A stretch of 64,000 bases of DNA from an uncultured Planctomycetota bacterium (GTDB lineage: Bacteria > Planctomycetota > Planctomycetia > Isosphaerales > Isosphaeraceae). A program made the translations under genes and the position numbers. A model generated the notes under the pieces. It was given only the letters and a program-made list of their open reading frames with translations. It did not search any database and was not told where the DNA came from. The stretch is from assembly GCA_963823665.1 (NCBI GenBank), contig CAWGMQ010000003.1, forward strand, positions 960,001 to 1,024,000, in the 5' to 3' direction. Positions within the stretch are counted from its first letter, which is position 1, and every line of letters starts with the position of its first letter. Positions 11,451 through 21,727 of the stretch are shown here, piece after piece.

Positions 11451-11926
11451 ACCGGCTTTCCCGCCACCGACGGACCCTGCACGCCGCGCTTCTCAACAGC
11501 CTCCTTGAGGGCAATCAATCGCCGCCGCGTGTCGCGCGCAAAGACCCGCTCGATAATCGGATTCAGCAACCACGACAACGACCTCGGCCATGCGTTCAGG
11601 CTGTAACAAAAGCCGACGCTTGTTTGCCCCGGTTTGACCTCTTCGAACCGCCAAGAGCCGGCGAAGCTTTCGAGAAACCACGGGCCGCGCGTCATTTTCA
11701 CGGCCACCGCCCGCGGCGGGTTATACGAAACGTACTCGGTTTCCATCCCGGTGCCTTTTCGATCGACACAGAGAGCCCGCACGCCAACATCCGGTTCAGT
11801 CGCGCCGCCCAGCAACTCCGCCGATCGGAGAAATGGGTCCCACTCGAGCCGGCGGTTGTAGTCCTGCGACAGCTCAAAAAGCGCGGCCGCCGGGGCGTCG
11901 ATCACGATCGAGTCTTCAAACGTCAT
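11447..11926 (-). CDS. SRPBCC (polyketide cyclase/dehydrase, START-like) family protein
   Basis: FEDSIVIDAP..LF..SQDY.RRLEWDPF..GPWFLESFAGSWRF. Confidence 0.85.
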   Translation of the reverse strand: MTFEDSIVIDAPAAALFELSQDYNRRLEWDPFLRSAELLGGATEPDVGVRALCVDRKGTGMETEYVSYNPPRAVAVKMTRGPWFLESFAGSWRFEEVKPGQTSVGFCYSLNAWPRSLSWLLNPIIERVFARDTRRRLIALKEAVEKRGVQGPSVAGKPV

Positions 11927-11968
11927 GGCCGCGGCCTCTCCCGTCGAGGGGGCCGGGTAAGGCCCCGC

Positions 11969-12853
11969 TTACTTCTTGGGGTCGAGGTTCTGCTCGAGTA
12001 ATTCGGGGCCGATCTTGCACTCGACGCCATCCGTCGGCACATCCATCTTCGCCGTCCACAAGAGCGCGTTCAGCACCAGTTTGCGGAAGTTCGGGTCGCC
12101 CCAGTTCTTGTGCGCATGAGCGCCAGTGAATCCGAATCCTCTTCCCCCATCGGGCCGCTCGACGGCCCACGCCAGCACCTCGTCGCGCCCCTTGGCGGCG
12201 ACGATGTGGGCATACGGACCACGGGGGGCGGACGACTTGCCGCCTCGGGCCTCGTCGTCGGGCTTTGCCGAGAGGATCGGCGTGATCCCCTTCATCTCCG
12301 GACGGAATCGAATGTTGAAGTACCACTCATCCTTGATCGAGAACGGCTTCACGCCGCGGGTGATCGGATGCTCGGGAAACGACAGGAAGTCAGCCACCCA
12401 GTGCGGGTTGGTCGAATAGCCGGTTTCATAGTACCCGCCGATCCAGTCCAGGAACTTGTCGCCGGGCTTGCCCTTGGGCACCTCGACGGCGTAGTGCAAA
12501 CAGGCGATCCCGACGCCCTTATCCATCAATTTCTGGATGATCTCCAGGTGGTCTTCCTGAATGATCGGGTGGCCGCCGCCGCCGTCCATGAAGAAGACGA
12601 TCGCGCGGGCTCCGTCAAAGATGGATTCGTCTTTGGGCCATCCCCCGGCGACGAACACGGGCTGCACGTCCAGCACCTCAGCCAGACATTTCTCCAGCAG
12701 CTTGCAGCCGGCGTTGAACTCGTGATCGCCCGGTCCGTGGCTCGGCCGGCCCGCCACCAGCACGATCTTGGCCGCGTCGGCAGCGTGGGCAGATTCGACT
12801 GCGAAACAAAAAGACAAGACGACGGCGCACGCCAAAGTGAGCAGCTTTCTCAT
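11969..12853 (-). CDS. Secreted ThuA-like (class I glutamine amidotransferase-like) domain protein
   Basis: Start MRKLLTLA after AAGGAG; KIVLVAGRPSHGPGDHEF, HPITRGV, DEWY, RGFGFTGAHAH..W motifs. Confidence 0.85.
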   Translation of the reverse strand: MRKLLTLACAVVLSFCFAVESAHAADAAKIVLVAGRPSHGPGDHEFNAGCKLLEKCLAEVLDVQPVFVAGGWPKDESIFDGARAIVFFMDGGGGHPIIQEDHLEIIQKLMDKGVGIACLHYAVEVPKGKPGDKFLDWIGGYYETGYSTNPHWVADFLSFPEHPITRGVKPFSIKDEWYFNIRFRPEMKGITPILSAKPDDEARGGKSSAPRGPYAHIVAAKGRDEVLAWAVERPDGGRGFGFTGAHAHKNWGDPNFRKLVLNALLWTAKMDVPTDGVECKIGPELLEQNLDPKK

Positions 12854-12886
12854 GATTAATCTCCTTATACGAAGCGATCCGCCGAT

Positions 12887-12930
12887 CCCTTTCCCCCCCT
12901 CGCAACGGGGGGGCCAGGGGGGGTGAAGGG
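12887..12930. repeat. C-run/G-run palindromic intergenic element
   Basis: CCCCCCCTCGCAACGGGGGGGCCAGGGGGGG; resembles REP-like elements of planctomycetes. Confidence 0.45.
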
Positions 12931-13009
12931 CGGCACACGGCAGTGATCCGACCGAACCGCCGCAACCAAGCGGACGAACCGCCGTTCCCTTTCGGTCGCT
13001 CTCGAAAAA

Positions 13010-13039
13010 CGCACTTTCGCGGAGCGAAAGGCGACAATG
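13010..13039. repeat. Palindromic REP-like element CTTTCGC-GGA-GCGAAAG
   Basis: Perfect 7-bp stem directly after the stop of the upstream minus-strand gene. Confidence 0.5.
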
Positions 13040-13044
13040 AAGTT

Positions 13045-14337
13045 TCAGATCAGCTCGGTGACGCCCGGCTTCGGAACGGGGGGCTCGGGCATCGGGTTGC
13101 CCATGGCCAGGTTCTGCGGGAACGTGTCGAGCTTGGAGTTGAGCGCGACTTCCCAGGGAACGGCCTTGCCGGTGTAGGCCGACATCCGCCCCATGATGGC
13201 CGTCAGCGTGCTCTCGGCAACCTGCTTCAGCTCGCAGACCGGCTTGTGCGAGACGATGCTCTCGAGCAGGTCGATATGCTCTTGCACGTACGCATTGATC
13301 TCGTTGGCAATGCGAACCCGATCGTTCGTTGCGCCGCTGAAGCGATACCCGCCGCTGTGCCACTGCCCCTTGGTGCCGACCATCGTTTCCGAGACGTTGT
13401 TTTCACAGCCCTCGATCTGGCGGGCCATGCTCATGACGTGCACGCCGTTCGGAAACTCATAATCGACCGCGAAGTGGTCGTAGCTCTGGCCGTACTCGGG
13501 CTCGCTGATCACCTGGCGGCCGCCCATGCCGACGGCCCGCACTGGATGCGCGCCAATCGCCCAGCAGGCCACGTCGAGGTTGTGCACGTGCTGCTCGACA
13601 ATGTGGTCGCCGCAGAGCCAGAGGAAGTGGTACCAGTTCCGGATCTGGTACTCGGTGTCCGACCAGCCGGGCTGCCGCTTGTTGGCCCAGATCGGCCCTT
13701 GATTCCAGTAGACCTGGCCGCCGGTGATGTCGCCGATCGCCCCGTCGTGAATGCGCTTCAAGCATTCGACGTAGCCCGCCTGGTGGCGGCGCTGGGTGCC
13801 GGTCACGACCGAGAGCCCCTTCTTGACGGCTTCATCGTGGGCAGCCAGCACCTTGCGAATGCCGGTGCCGTCAACCGCAACCGGCTTCTCGGCGAAGAGG
13901 TGCTTGCCGGCCTTGATCGTCGCTTCGATGTGCTGGGGACGGAATCCCGGAGGAGTCGCCAGCATCACCATGTCGCAGCAGTCGATGACTTTCTGGTAGG
14001 CGTCAAGGCCGGCGAAACAGCGATCGTCGGCGACATCCACCTTGTCTTTGGTGGCGTTGTTCTCCTTGAGCCGGTCGCGGCAGTTCCTGAGACGGTCGGG
14101 GAACGCGTCGGCCATGGCAAAGATCTTGATGTTGTAAGTCGACCCCGCCGCCTTGCAAACATCATCCGCCGCGCCGCTGCCGCGGCCGCCGCAGCCGACC
14201 AGACCGACCTTGATCGTGTCGCTGCCCGCGGCGTGGGCATTTGACAACATGCCCAGACCCAAGGTGGCCGCGGTGGAGCTCATCAGGAAACCACGTCGAG
14301 ACGCAAGAAGCGGGTTCGTGGCGCCGGGGTTGGTCAT
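13045..14337 (-). CDS. Gfo/Idh/MocA family oxidoreductase with Tat signal
   Basis: SRRGFL twin-arginine motif; VGLVGCGGRG Rossmann motif; EKP; HIVEQHVHNLD. Confidence 0.92.
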   Translation of the reverse strand: MTNPGATNPLLASRRGFLMSSTAATLGLGMLSNAHAAGSDTIKVGLVGCGGRGSGAADDVCKAAGSTYNIKIFAMADAFPDRLRNCRDRLKENNATKDKVDVADDRCFAGLDAYQKVIDCCDMVMLATPPGFRPQHIEATIKAGKHLFAEKPVAVDGTGIRKVLAAHDEAVKKGLSVVTGTQRRHQAGYVECLKRIHDGAIGDITGGQVYWNQGPIWANKRQPGWSDTEYQIRNWYHFLWLCGDHIVEQHVHNLDVACWAIGAHPVRAVGMGGRQVISEPEYGQSYDHFAVDYEFPNGVHVMSMARQIEGCENNVSETMVGTKGQWHSGGYRFSGATNDRVRIANEINAYVQEHIDLLESIVSHKPVCELKQVAESTLTAIMGRMSAYTGKAVPWEVALNSKLDTFPQNLAMGNPMPEPPVPKPGVTELI

Positions 14338-14425
14338 CGCTTGTCTCTCCTCTGGGGTTTGAGCCGGAATCCAGTCGAAAACCGATTTTTGTCATCTGGC
14401 CGGCCAGACGGCCGGTCTGCACCAA

Positions 14426-15481
14426 TCAACGGGTCGATTTACCTTTGACAACTTGTGACTTGAGCCCCTTCAGATTGTCTTGTTCTTTGAGAGGCCGCAC
14501 GATCCGGAAGCCCACGAACGTTGCGTCGGTGTGCCACCAGATGCTCTGTGGCCGCTGAGGGTCCTGCACGCTCCACTCCGGGTTCGACGCCTTTCGCGCC
14601 GCCGAGCGCAGGTTCTCGGCGTCATCATCCCACGATCCGCCGCGGGCCACATAAGGATACTCCTTGGCGTCGGGCAGGACCACCGGCCCCTTGCCCGGCG
14701 AGGCCGCGGCAAACTTCTTGTAAGCAGCCGAATCGTAGTGGTCCAGGCACCACTCGGCGACATTGCCGTGAATGTCGTAGAGGCCCCACGGGCTGGGCTT
14801 CTTCTTGCCGACGGGCATCGGCTTCTCGGCATTGTTGACGAACCAGGCGTACTCGCTCTTGTCATCCAGCTCGTCGCCCCAGAAGTAGGCGGTCTTGGTG
14901 CCGGCGCGGCAGGCATATTCCCACTCGGCTTCGGTGGGAAGGCGATAGATCAAACCCGTCTTCTCTGAGAGCCAGCGGCAATACTCCATGGCCGCATGGT
15001 GGGTGATGCAGATCGCCGGCTGGCCGCTTCGGCCGTAGCCGAAGGTTGAGTCAGCGTACGGCGGCGTGGGCCGCGTCACGGCGTCGGCCTTCTTCTCCAG
15101 ATCGGATTGCTTCGCCACGTCGACGTTTTCGCGTTTCTTCTTCTTCAGGTCATAAGAGAACGCGAATTGCTCGTACTCGTCCCACGTCACTTCCCTGGCG
15201 CCCATCCAGAATGGCTCGATCTGCACGGTGTGCTGCGGCTCTTCGTCCTTGCCGTGCTTGGCCTCGCCGGTGGGTGCCCCCATCTCGACCGTTCCGGCGG
15301 GAATCGGAACCATGTCGAACTTGATGTCGGTGCTGGGGATGACCTGAATGTAAGACTTCATGGACGAGGCCGATGTCCCGCCCGGCGGCTCCTGCGGTGC
15401 GGAACGGGCTGTTTCCGTGCCCGCGATGCCGATGGCCAGAGCGGCCACGGCGAGACGAACGGCGTGCGAGGGACTGATCAC
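14426..15481 (-). CDS. Formylglycine-generating enzyme (SUMF1/FGE-sulfatase) domain protein, secreted; start approximate
   Basis: YRLPTEAEWEYACRAG, PWGLYDIHGNVAEW, RGGSW, GFRIVR; GTG at 15481 with GGAG upstream. Confidence 0.88.
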   Translation of the reverse strand: MISPSHAVRLAVAALAIGIAGTETARSAPQEPPGGTSASSMKSYIQVIPSTDIKFDMVPIPAGTVEMGAPTGEAKHGKDEEPQHTVQIEPFWMGAREVTWDEYEQFAFSYDLKKKKRENVDVAKQSDLEKKADAVTRPTPPYADSTFGYGRSGQPAICITHHAAMEYCRWLSEKTGLIYRLPTEAEWEYACRAGTKTAYFWGDELDDKSEYAWFVNNAEKPMPVGKKKPSPWGLYDIHGNVAEWCLDHYDSAAYKKFAAASPGKGPVVLPDAKEYPYVARGGSWDDDAENLRSAARKASNPEWSVQDPQRPQSIWWHTDATFVGFRIVRPLKEQDNLKGLKSQVVKGKSTR

Positions 15482-15577
15482 GTTTGGTATGCTCCAGGTT
15501 CGCCAGGGCTGCGCCGCATGGTGGTAAGGTGCGCTCCGGCTCTCGTTGCGTGGGTCGCCAAGGGGGGGGAGGGAATC

Positions 15578-16627
15578 ATGAGGATGCCTGCGGCCGCGGT
15601 CTGGTTCTTGGGCCCAATGCTCGCGGGGACGAGCCCCACCCAGGGGCCCGCGCCGCCGAAAGAGCTCGTGCGTTTCGAGTATGAAGAAACGCACATGGCA
15701 AGCCCGTTCAAGATTGTTTTATACTCCACCGACCCGGCAACCGCCAGACGTGCCTCCCGCGCGGCGTTTGACCGGATCGCCGCACTCAACACCATCCTGA
15801 GCGATTACGACCCCGAAAGCGAGCTCTCGCTGCTCTCGCAATCGGCCGGCAAGAACCCCGTCCAGGCCAGCGCAGATCTCTTCGAAGTGCTCGCCCGCTC
15901 CCGCGCGATGTACGAACGATCAGGCGGAGCGTTTGACGTCACGATTGCGCCGGTGGGCCGGCTCTGGCGGCGCGCACGGCGCGACCACAAGCTGCCGGAC
16001 CCGACGAAGCTCGCTGAGGCGCAGAAGCTCGTGGGTTCGGACCGGATGGTGTTCGACCCGACCGCGCGCACCGTCTGGCTCAAATCCGCGGGCATGAAGC
16101 TGGACGTGGGGGGCATCGCCAAGGGCTACGCGGCGCAGGCGGCTTTGGAAGTTCTCAAACGGGCGGGTATCAACCGTGCCCTCGTGGGTGGAGCCGGTGA
16201 CATCGTGGTGGGCGATGCTCCCCCCGGCAAGAAGGGCTGGACGATCGCGATCGCGCCGCTCGAACCGGGCGGACGAGGTGGTGCGCCGCCGTCGCTCCTC
16301 CTGTCCAACGCGGCGGTCTCGACCGCAGGAGACGCCGAGCGGTTCGTGATCATTGACGGCCATCGCTACTCACACATCATCAACCCGGCGACTGGCCAGG
16401 CTGTGGAAGACCGAGCGAGCGTGACCGTGGTCGCCCCCGACGGGGGGACGGCGGATGCGCTTGAGACCACCGTCTATATCCTCGGGCCGGAGCGAGGATT
16501 GAAGCTGGTGGATGACACACCGGGCGCGGCGGCGATTTATGTACGGTCGACTCCGGAGGGGATCAAGACATTTGAGTCGTCGCGATTCAAACAGATCTCG
16601 AAGGTCTCTGAAGGTACGAACGGATGA
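15578..16627 (+). CDS. apbE: FAD:protein FMN transferase (ApbE family)
   Basis: SGGAFDVTIAP, LDVGGIAKGYA, GGAGDI, AVSTAGD, YSHIINPATG, ADALET. Confidence 0.93.
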   Translation: MRMPAAAVWFLGPMLAGTSPTQGPAPPKELVRFEYEETHMASPFKIVLYSTDPATARRASRAAFDRIAALNTILSDYDPESELSLLSQSAGKNPVQASADLFEVLARSRAMYERSGGAFDVTIAPVGRLWRRARRDHKLPDPTKLAEAQKLVGSDRMVFDPTARTVWLKSAGMKLDVGGIAKGYAAQAALEVLKRAGINRALVGGAGDIVVGDAPPGKKGWTIAIAPLEPGGRGGAPPSLLLSNAAVSTAGDAERFVIIDGHRYSHIINPATGQAVEDRASVTVVAPDGGTADALETTVYILGPERGLKLVDDTPGAAAIYVRSTPEGIKTFESSRFKQISKVSEGTNG

Positions 16628-16912
16628 TGGGGTGCAAAGGGACGACGGTGCGCCAAGGGGTTCACCCCCTGGACGGCGTCAACGGCCCGAATCCGTCCAC
16701 CATCTCATCATCAACATCGGCCCCAACGGCTGCGTAATCACATCCACCCCCTAACCACAGCCACCCCCTGATCACACAGCCACCATCTCCTCCGTCGCCC
16801 CCGATCGGGCCCCACCAAACAATCCCAAAAAAAATTGGGACCCCGCTGCACCCCTCCTGTCTCAATAATGGGGTAGAGCGGAAAGCGCCCGTCATGAACC
16901 GGAGGACCGCCG

Positions 16913-19900
16913 ATGTCACGAGCCCACGTCGAGACCCGCGTCAGCGAGCAGATTCGCACGCTCTTCCAGGCCGGCTCGCTCGGGGCGCTCACCGACGGGC
17001 AGTTGCTCGACCGCTACCTTTCGCCTGACGGGTCGTGCTCGGAGATGGCCTTTGCCGCGGTCGTGGATCGGCACGGACCGATGGTCATGGGCGTTTGCCG
17101 GCGACTGCTGGCTGATACGCACCTCGCCGAAGACGCCTTCCAAGCCGCGTTTCTCGTCCTGGCGCGACGAGCCCGCTCAGTGCGGAATCACGATTCACTC
17201 GGCGGCTGGCTCCATCGCGTTGCCCGGCGAATTGCGATGCGATTGCGATCGGCCCATGAGCGCCAGAAAACCCGGGAACGACCGGGGAACGTGGAGGCTG
17301 CCGTGCAAGATCCCGATCACGCGCTACAGAACGAGCTCAAATCGGCGATCGACCAGGAAATTGACCGTCTCGCCGAGTGGCAGCGCCTGCCCGTGGTCCT
17401 TTGCTGCCTGGAGGGAGTCTCCCACGAAGAGGCCGCACAACGGCTCCGCTGGCCTCTGGGCACGGTGAAAAGCCGGCTGGCCCGAGGGAAAAAACGCCTG
17501 CAAGAACGCCTTGTGCGAAAAGGCTTTGCGCCGTCGGTTGCGCTGGCGACCGCGGCAGGCGCGGGGCTGCTGGGCGGCGAAGCATCCGCCGCCGTGCCGC
17601 CTGCGCTGATCGACGCCACCGCCAAGGCCGCGGCTGCAGTTGCCTCGGGCGCATCGCTCGCCGGGTTGGTCCCATCACCGCTGTCGGCCCTTGTCCGAGA
17701 GGAGTTGAGCACGATGATCGCGACCAAGCTGAAACTGGTTGTGGGAATCCCTCTGGCCGCCGGGGCATCCGCGGCGTTCGTGGGATTCATCCTGGCGGCA
17801 GCTCCGAGTTCCAAGCCCGAGGTGTCGCCTGTGTTTCCCGCCGCGGCTCCACAGAACGAGAAATCGCAAGGCAAGGCCGAGGAACCGACCGTGGCGACCA
17901 AGCTCTCGGCGACCGGCACTGTTCTTGACCAGGCGGGCGGGCCGATCGCGGGCGCACGCGTGATTCTACGCGAGTGGTCCGTCTATCGAGTCCGGGGAAT
18001 GCCTCGCAAGCAAACGGAGAACCTCATCCGAGGCGAGGAACTTCACGACGCGTTGATGGAAACGACGACGGACAACGCGGGACGATTTCGGTTCGACAAC
18101 GTCCCTGCACCGGCCTTTCCGGAAGTCCCGGAGGCGGGCCAGAGCGTCTATCCCTGGGACATCGTCGCGCTCGCGCACGGCCATGGCCTGGCGTGGGTGC
18201 AGCTTACGCCGCAGCATCAGCGTGCACCGATCACGCTCAAGCTCGGCCCGGAAAAAATCATTCGCGGCCGGATCATCGAGCCCGGCGGCAAGCCCGTAGC
18301 CGGGGCGAAGATCAAGGTCCACGGCATCGACCCGCTGGGCCGGCCCCTCGGCAACGGCCTGCAAACCGAAAACCGGCTGAACCTGATCTGGTCGGCGTTT
18401 CCTCTCGGTGCGACCACGGACGCAGACGGCCGATTCACCATCGCCGGAATACCTCCGGAACAGGTCGCCACGCTGATCGTCACCGAACCACGGCACGAGC
18501 GCCTGTCCGTGTTTGCCGCCACGACCGATAAGCCCCAGCCCGAGAATGTCTGGACCTACTACCAGTCCGGTCAACCACGAGAGGTGCGCGAGCCGGTCTA
18601 TTCCGGTGAACTCACGCTCACGGCCAAGGCCGCCAACCACGTTCTCAAGGGCCGCGTGATTTTCGAGGCCGACGGCAAACCGGCTACGGGAGCTTACGTT
18701 GGTTATAACGGATCAAACATCAAGGCCGATGCGAATGGGTCGTTCCGCATTGATGGGCTGGCTGCCGGCAAGATCGAGCTGCATGCAAATCAGTTCAGCT
18801 CGAACGCCGCCCCCCGCGTCGCGCAGATCGAGATACCCGAGACACCCACCGAGATCGAGCACACGATCGCGCTGCCTCCCGGTCTGATCATCACCGGACG
18901 GGTGGTCGACGAAGCGTCGGGACAACCCGTGGCAAAGGCAATGGTCGATTTCACCCCGGCACCGGACGCAAATCAGGCCGCGTCCTTTTTCGCCTTATGG
19001 AAGGAAACCGATCGCGACGGCAAGTTCCAACTCGTCCTGCCGCCAGGCCGCGGAACGGTGTTCCTTCGCACGATCCCGAACCAGTTTCCGCAGCCCGAGC
19101 GTGAATTCACCGGCCAGCCCAAGGACCCTAGGCTCAACCGCGAGGTCTCGGGGGCCGGCGGGCAAACGGTCGACGTTGGTGATTTCAAACTCGCAGCCGG
19201 GCGGACGGTCGTCCTCCGCGTGGTCGACCCCGACGGTCAACCCGTGCCCGACGCCGAGATTCTCGTCCGCGACCCCAACCGCATGTTCGACAAAACAGGC
19301 CCCGCCCGTTCGGACGCCGCAGGACGATCGACGCTGGGCGGGCTGCCGATCGAAACGAGCACCATCGTCGACATCATCGCCATGAACCGATCCCTGGGTG
19401 CGATGGTGGAGGTCCCTGACGCCGCGTCGGCCGGCGCCAACAACCGCGAGATCGAGGCCCGGCTCCAGCCGCTCTTGTCGCTCTCGGGTCGAGTGCTCGA
19501 CGAAGCCGGCAAACCGATCGCCGGCCCGATCGTTCACCTGTACCGCGACGTGGTCTATCCCGGTCAAAGCGGGCGGTCGTTCGGCCTGCCAGTCGGAACT
19601 TTGAACCAGATCAGGAACGACGGCACGTACACCTTCGACCATCTGATCCCAGGCGCAACCTATAACACGCAGGTCGAAGTGAGCGGGTACCCGAACGCAA
19701 CGACCGACCACGTGATGCTGAAACCCGGCCCGCCAATCCGCCTCGATGATTTCCGGCTGCCGATCGCGGATCAGCGCGTGAGCGGAACGGTCGTCGACAC
19801 GCACGGGAAGCCGCTTGAAGGCGTGATGGTCAACGCGCAGCGGACCTCCCAAAAGACCCCTATGTACGCTCCCAGCGGCGGAGTCTGGTTTCAAGAAACC

Positions 19901-20086
19901 AATCCAGGTGGCAGGTTCCAACTGACGAGCCTGCCGCGCGGCCCGATCAAGCTGATGGTTTATCGCAAGCCAGATGGTGCCGACGGCCAGATCAAGGACA
20001 TCCGTTACTTCGACGTGCCCCCCGGTCAAACCGAGATTCGGATCGAACTGCCCGACGCGAACGACCGGCTTCGGGGTATTGACTGA
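16913..20086 (+). CDS. ECF sigma-70 factor with TM segment and long extracytoplasmic carboxypeptidase-regulatory-like repeats
   Basis: DGQLLDRY, RHGPMVMGVCRRLL, AEDAFQAAF, region 4 GTVKSRLARG; repeated GRV.D..GKPVAGA..TDADGRF units. Confidence 0.92.
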   Translation: MSRAHVETRVSEQIRTLFQAGSLGALTDGQLLDRYLSPDGSCSEMAFAAVVDRHGPMVMGVCRRLLADTHLAEDAFQAAFLVLARRARSVRNHDSLGGWLHRVARRIAMRLRSAHERQKTRERPGNVEAAVQDPDHALQNELKSAIDQEIDRLAEWQRLPVVLCCLEGVSHEEAAQRLRWPLGTVKSRLARGKKRLQERLVRKGFAPSVALATAAGAGLLGGEASAAVPPALIDATAKAAAAVASGASLAGLVPSPLSALVREELSTMIATKLKLVVGIPLAAGASAAFVGFILAAAPSSKPEVSPVFPAAAPQNEKSQGKAEEPTVATKLSATGTVLDQAGGPIAGARVILREWSVYRVRGMPRKQTENLIRGEELHDALMETTTDNAGRFRFDNVPAPAFPEVPEAGQSVYPWDIVALAHGHGLAWVQLTPQHQRAPITLKLGPEKIIRGRIIEPGGKPVAGAKIKVHGIDPLGRPLGNGLQTENRLNLIWSAFPLGATTDADGRFTIAGIPPEQVATLIVTEPRHERLSVFAATTDKPQPENVWTYYQSGQPREVREPVYSGELTLTAKAANHVLKGRVIFEADGKPATGAYVGYNGSNIKADANGSFRIDGLAAGKIELHANQFSSNAAPRVAQIEIPETPTEIEHTIALPPGLIITGRVVDEASGQPVAKAMVDFTPAPDANQAASFFALWKETDRDGKFQLVLPPGRGTVFLRTIPNQFPQPEREFTGQPKDPRLNREVSGAGGQTVDVGDFKLAAGRTVVLRVVDPDGQPVPDAEILVRDPNRMFDKTGPARSDAAGRSTLGGLPIETSTIVDIIAMNRSLGAMVEVPDAASAGANNREIEARLQPLLSLSGRVLDEAGKPIAGPIVHLYRDVVYPGQSGRSFGLPVGTLNQIRNDGTYTFDHLIPGATYNTQVEVSGYPNATTDHVMLKPGPPIRLDDFRLPIADQRVSGTVVDTHGKPLEGVMVNAQRTSQKTPMYAPSGGVWFQETNPGGRFQLTSLPRGPIKLMVYRKPDGADGQIKDIRYFDVPPGQTEIRIELPDANDRLRGID

Positions 20087-20113
20087 ACGCTGCTTGAGAG
20101 AAAGGACCCAGCC

Positions 20114-21334
20114 ATGAATGCTCTCCTCGTCACACTGCTGCTCGGCACTACCTTCACGGAAAAGCCGGACATGACAGGCCGCGTACTCTCGAGCGGCGGC
20201 AAGCCGTTGGCCGGTGCTCATGTCATGATCGATTCGGCCGCAGTGCGCCGGGGGACGAGCCCGCTCTGCCCGTCGTGCTATGCTGACTGCCGCAAGAGCG
20301 CGGAAACCGATTCCGATGGCCGCTTCCGCATCGCATCCGTCGACCCCGAGCTGTTTTTCAACGTCCTGGTCGTCGCCGACGGGTTCCTGCCCACGATCGT
20401 CAACAGGACTGACCCCGCCAAAGGACCGATTGCCGTCTCCCTTTCGCCGCTCGACGAAGACAAGCTCGACCCGAAGTGCCTGTTGCGCGGCGTGGTGCTC
20501 GACCCGTCTGATAAGCCGCTCGCAGGGGCCAGGATCTCGGCACAGATGTTCAAGACCGATGCCTTCAGCGGTTACTCGCCCAACATTTTCGACCCCGTCG
20601 CGGTGACCAACCTGCGCGGTGAGTTCGTGCTGACGTCGATTTCGCCGATCACGTACGCCGATCTGAAGGTCGAGGGCAACGGCGTCGCGCCGCGGGTCGT
20701 GCCCGGCAGGAAGCCCGAGTCAAACCCACACACGATCAAGATGCCGGCCGGAGTGACACTCACCGGCCGCCTGGTCCGCGATGGCAAACGCGTGTCTGAA
20801 GCCGCCGTCGGCCTGGTCCAATCCGACCGACGTCTCGGCGGGTATCTGGGTGACCTGACGATCGGAACCGACGAGCACGGGGGCTTCACGTTCTTGAACG
20901 TGCATCCCGATGAAGACTACTTCATTTACGGGATGATGGGGACCATCAAGGACGGCGGCGCCGTGCCGGCGATCCGCGTGCACTCCGGCGCCGACGGCGC
21001 AACCACGGATCTCGGCGATCTGCGGGTTGTGCGCGGCCACCGCGTCAAAGGCCGGGTTGTGCTCTCCGACGGCAAGCCCATACCCCCCAAGACGCGGCTG
21101 ATGCTGAGCCGAGAAGAAGCGTGGGACAATCAGCAAGTCGAGCTCGACGCGGAGGGCGGTTTCGAGCTGAACGGGCTGCCCACGGAAAAGTACACGCTCA
21201 ACATCACGCTGCCCGGCTATCGGATCTCCTCCAAGAACCACAGCGTCGACCCGCAAAACACGTGGCGGCTCGTCGGCACGATCGATCAAGACATCGATTC
21301 GCTCAAGATCTTGATGGAGCCGGGAGAGCGGTGA
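20114..21334 (+). CDS. Secreted carboxypeptidase-regulatory-like domain protein with CPSCYADC motif
   Basis: Signal-like N-terminus; repeated GRV..GKPLAGA..TD.DGRF; 27 bp after the ECF gene. Confidence 0.85.
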   Translation: MNALLVTLLLGTTFTEKPDMTGRVLSSGGKPLAGAHVMIDSAAVRRGTSPLCPSCYADCRKSAETDSDGRFRIASVDPELFFNVLVVADGFLPTIVNRTDPAKGPIAVSLSPLDEDKLDPKCLLRGVVLDPSDKPLAGARISAQMFKTDAFSGYSPNIFDPVAVTNLRGEFVLTSISPITYADLKVEGNGVAPRVVPGRKPESNPHTIKMPAGVTLTGRLVRDGKRVSEAAVGLVQSDRRLGGYLGDLTIGTDEHGGFTFLNVHPDEDYFIYGMMGTIKDGGAVPAIRVHSGADGATTDLGDLRVVRGHRVKGRVVLSDGKPIPPKTRLMLSREEAWDNQQVELDAEGGFELNGLPTEKYTLNITLPGYRISSKNHSVDPQNTWRLVGTIDQDIDSLKILMEPGER

Positions 21335-21364
21335 AGTGCTGACAACCGCCGGAATTGAGGCCCG

Positions 21365-21727
21365 TCAGCCCGGTTTGGCTTGACCTCCGGGCTTGCCCGG
21401 TGGCAATGTCTGGGGACTGGGGGACTCCGGCGAGTGCAGTATGCCAGCCAGCCGCGCGTTCATCTCGCCAGGGCTGATCCCTTCCACCAGGAACCGCTTC
21501 TGCCGCGACGTCGTCCCTGCGATCAAGTGAATCTGGCTCATCCTGCAAGCCAGTGTCACAGCCAGGATCCGCCCGATCGCCTCGTTCGCCTTTCCCTTTT
21601 CCGGCGGCGACGTCACCGCGACGCGCAGAGCCCCGGCCCGCTCGCCCAGAATCGCATTCCGCTTCGCGCCGGGTTGCGCCAGAACCGGCAAGACTGACCC
21701 GTCTGAGTGAGCCGTGATCGCGATCAA
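21365..21727 (-). CDS. yggU: DUF167/UPF0235 family protein
   Basis: [34 protein letters not shown]; overlaps the yggS stop (TTGA). Confidence 0.88.
   Translation of the reverse strand: MIAITAHSDGSVLPVLAQPGAKRNAILGERAGALRVAVTSPPEKGKANEAIGRILAVTLACRMSQIHLIAGTTSRQKRFLVEGISPGEMNARLAGILHSPESPSPQTLPPGKPGGQAKPG

Noticed and set aside
16630..16860. Small ORFs and C-rich tract before the ECF gene
   Set aside because: No supportable product or repeat unit
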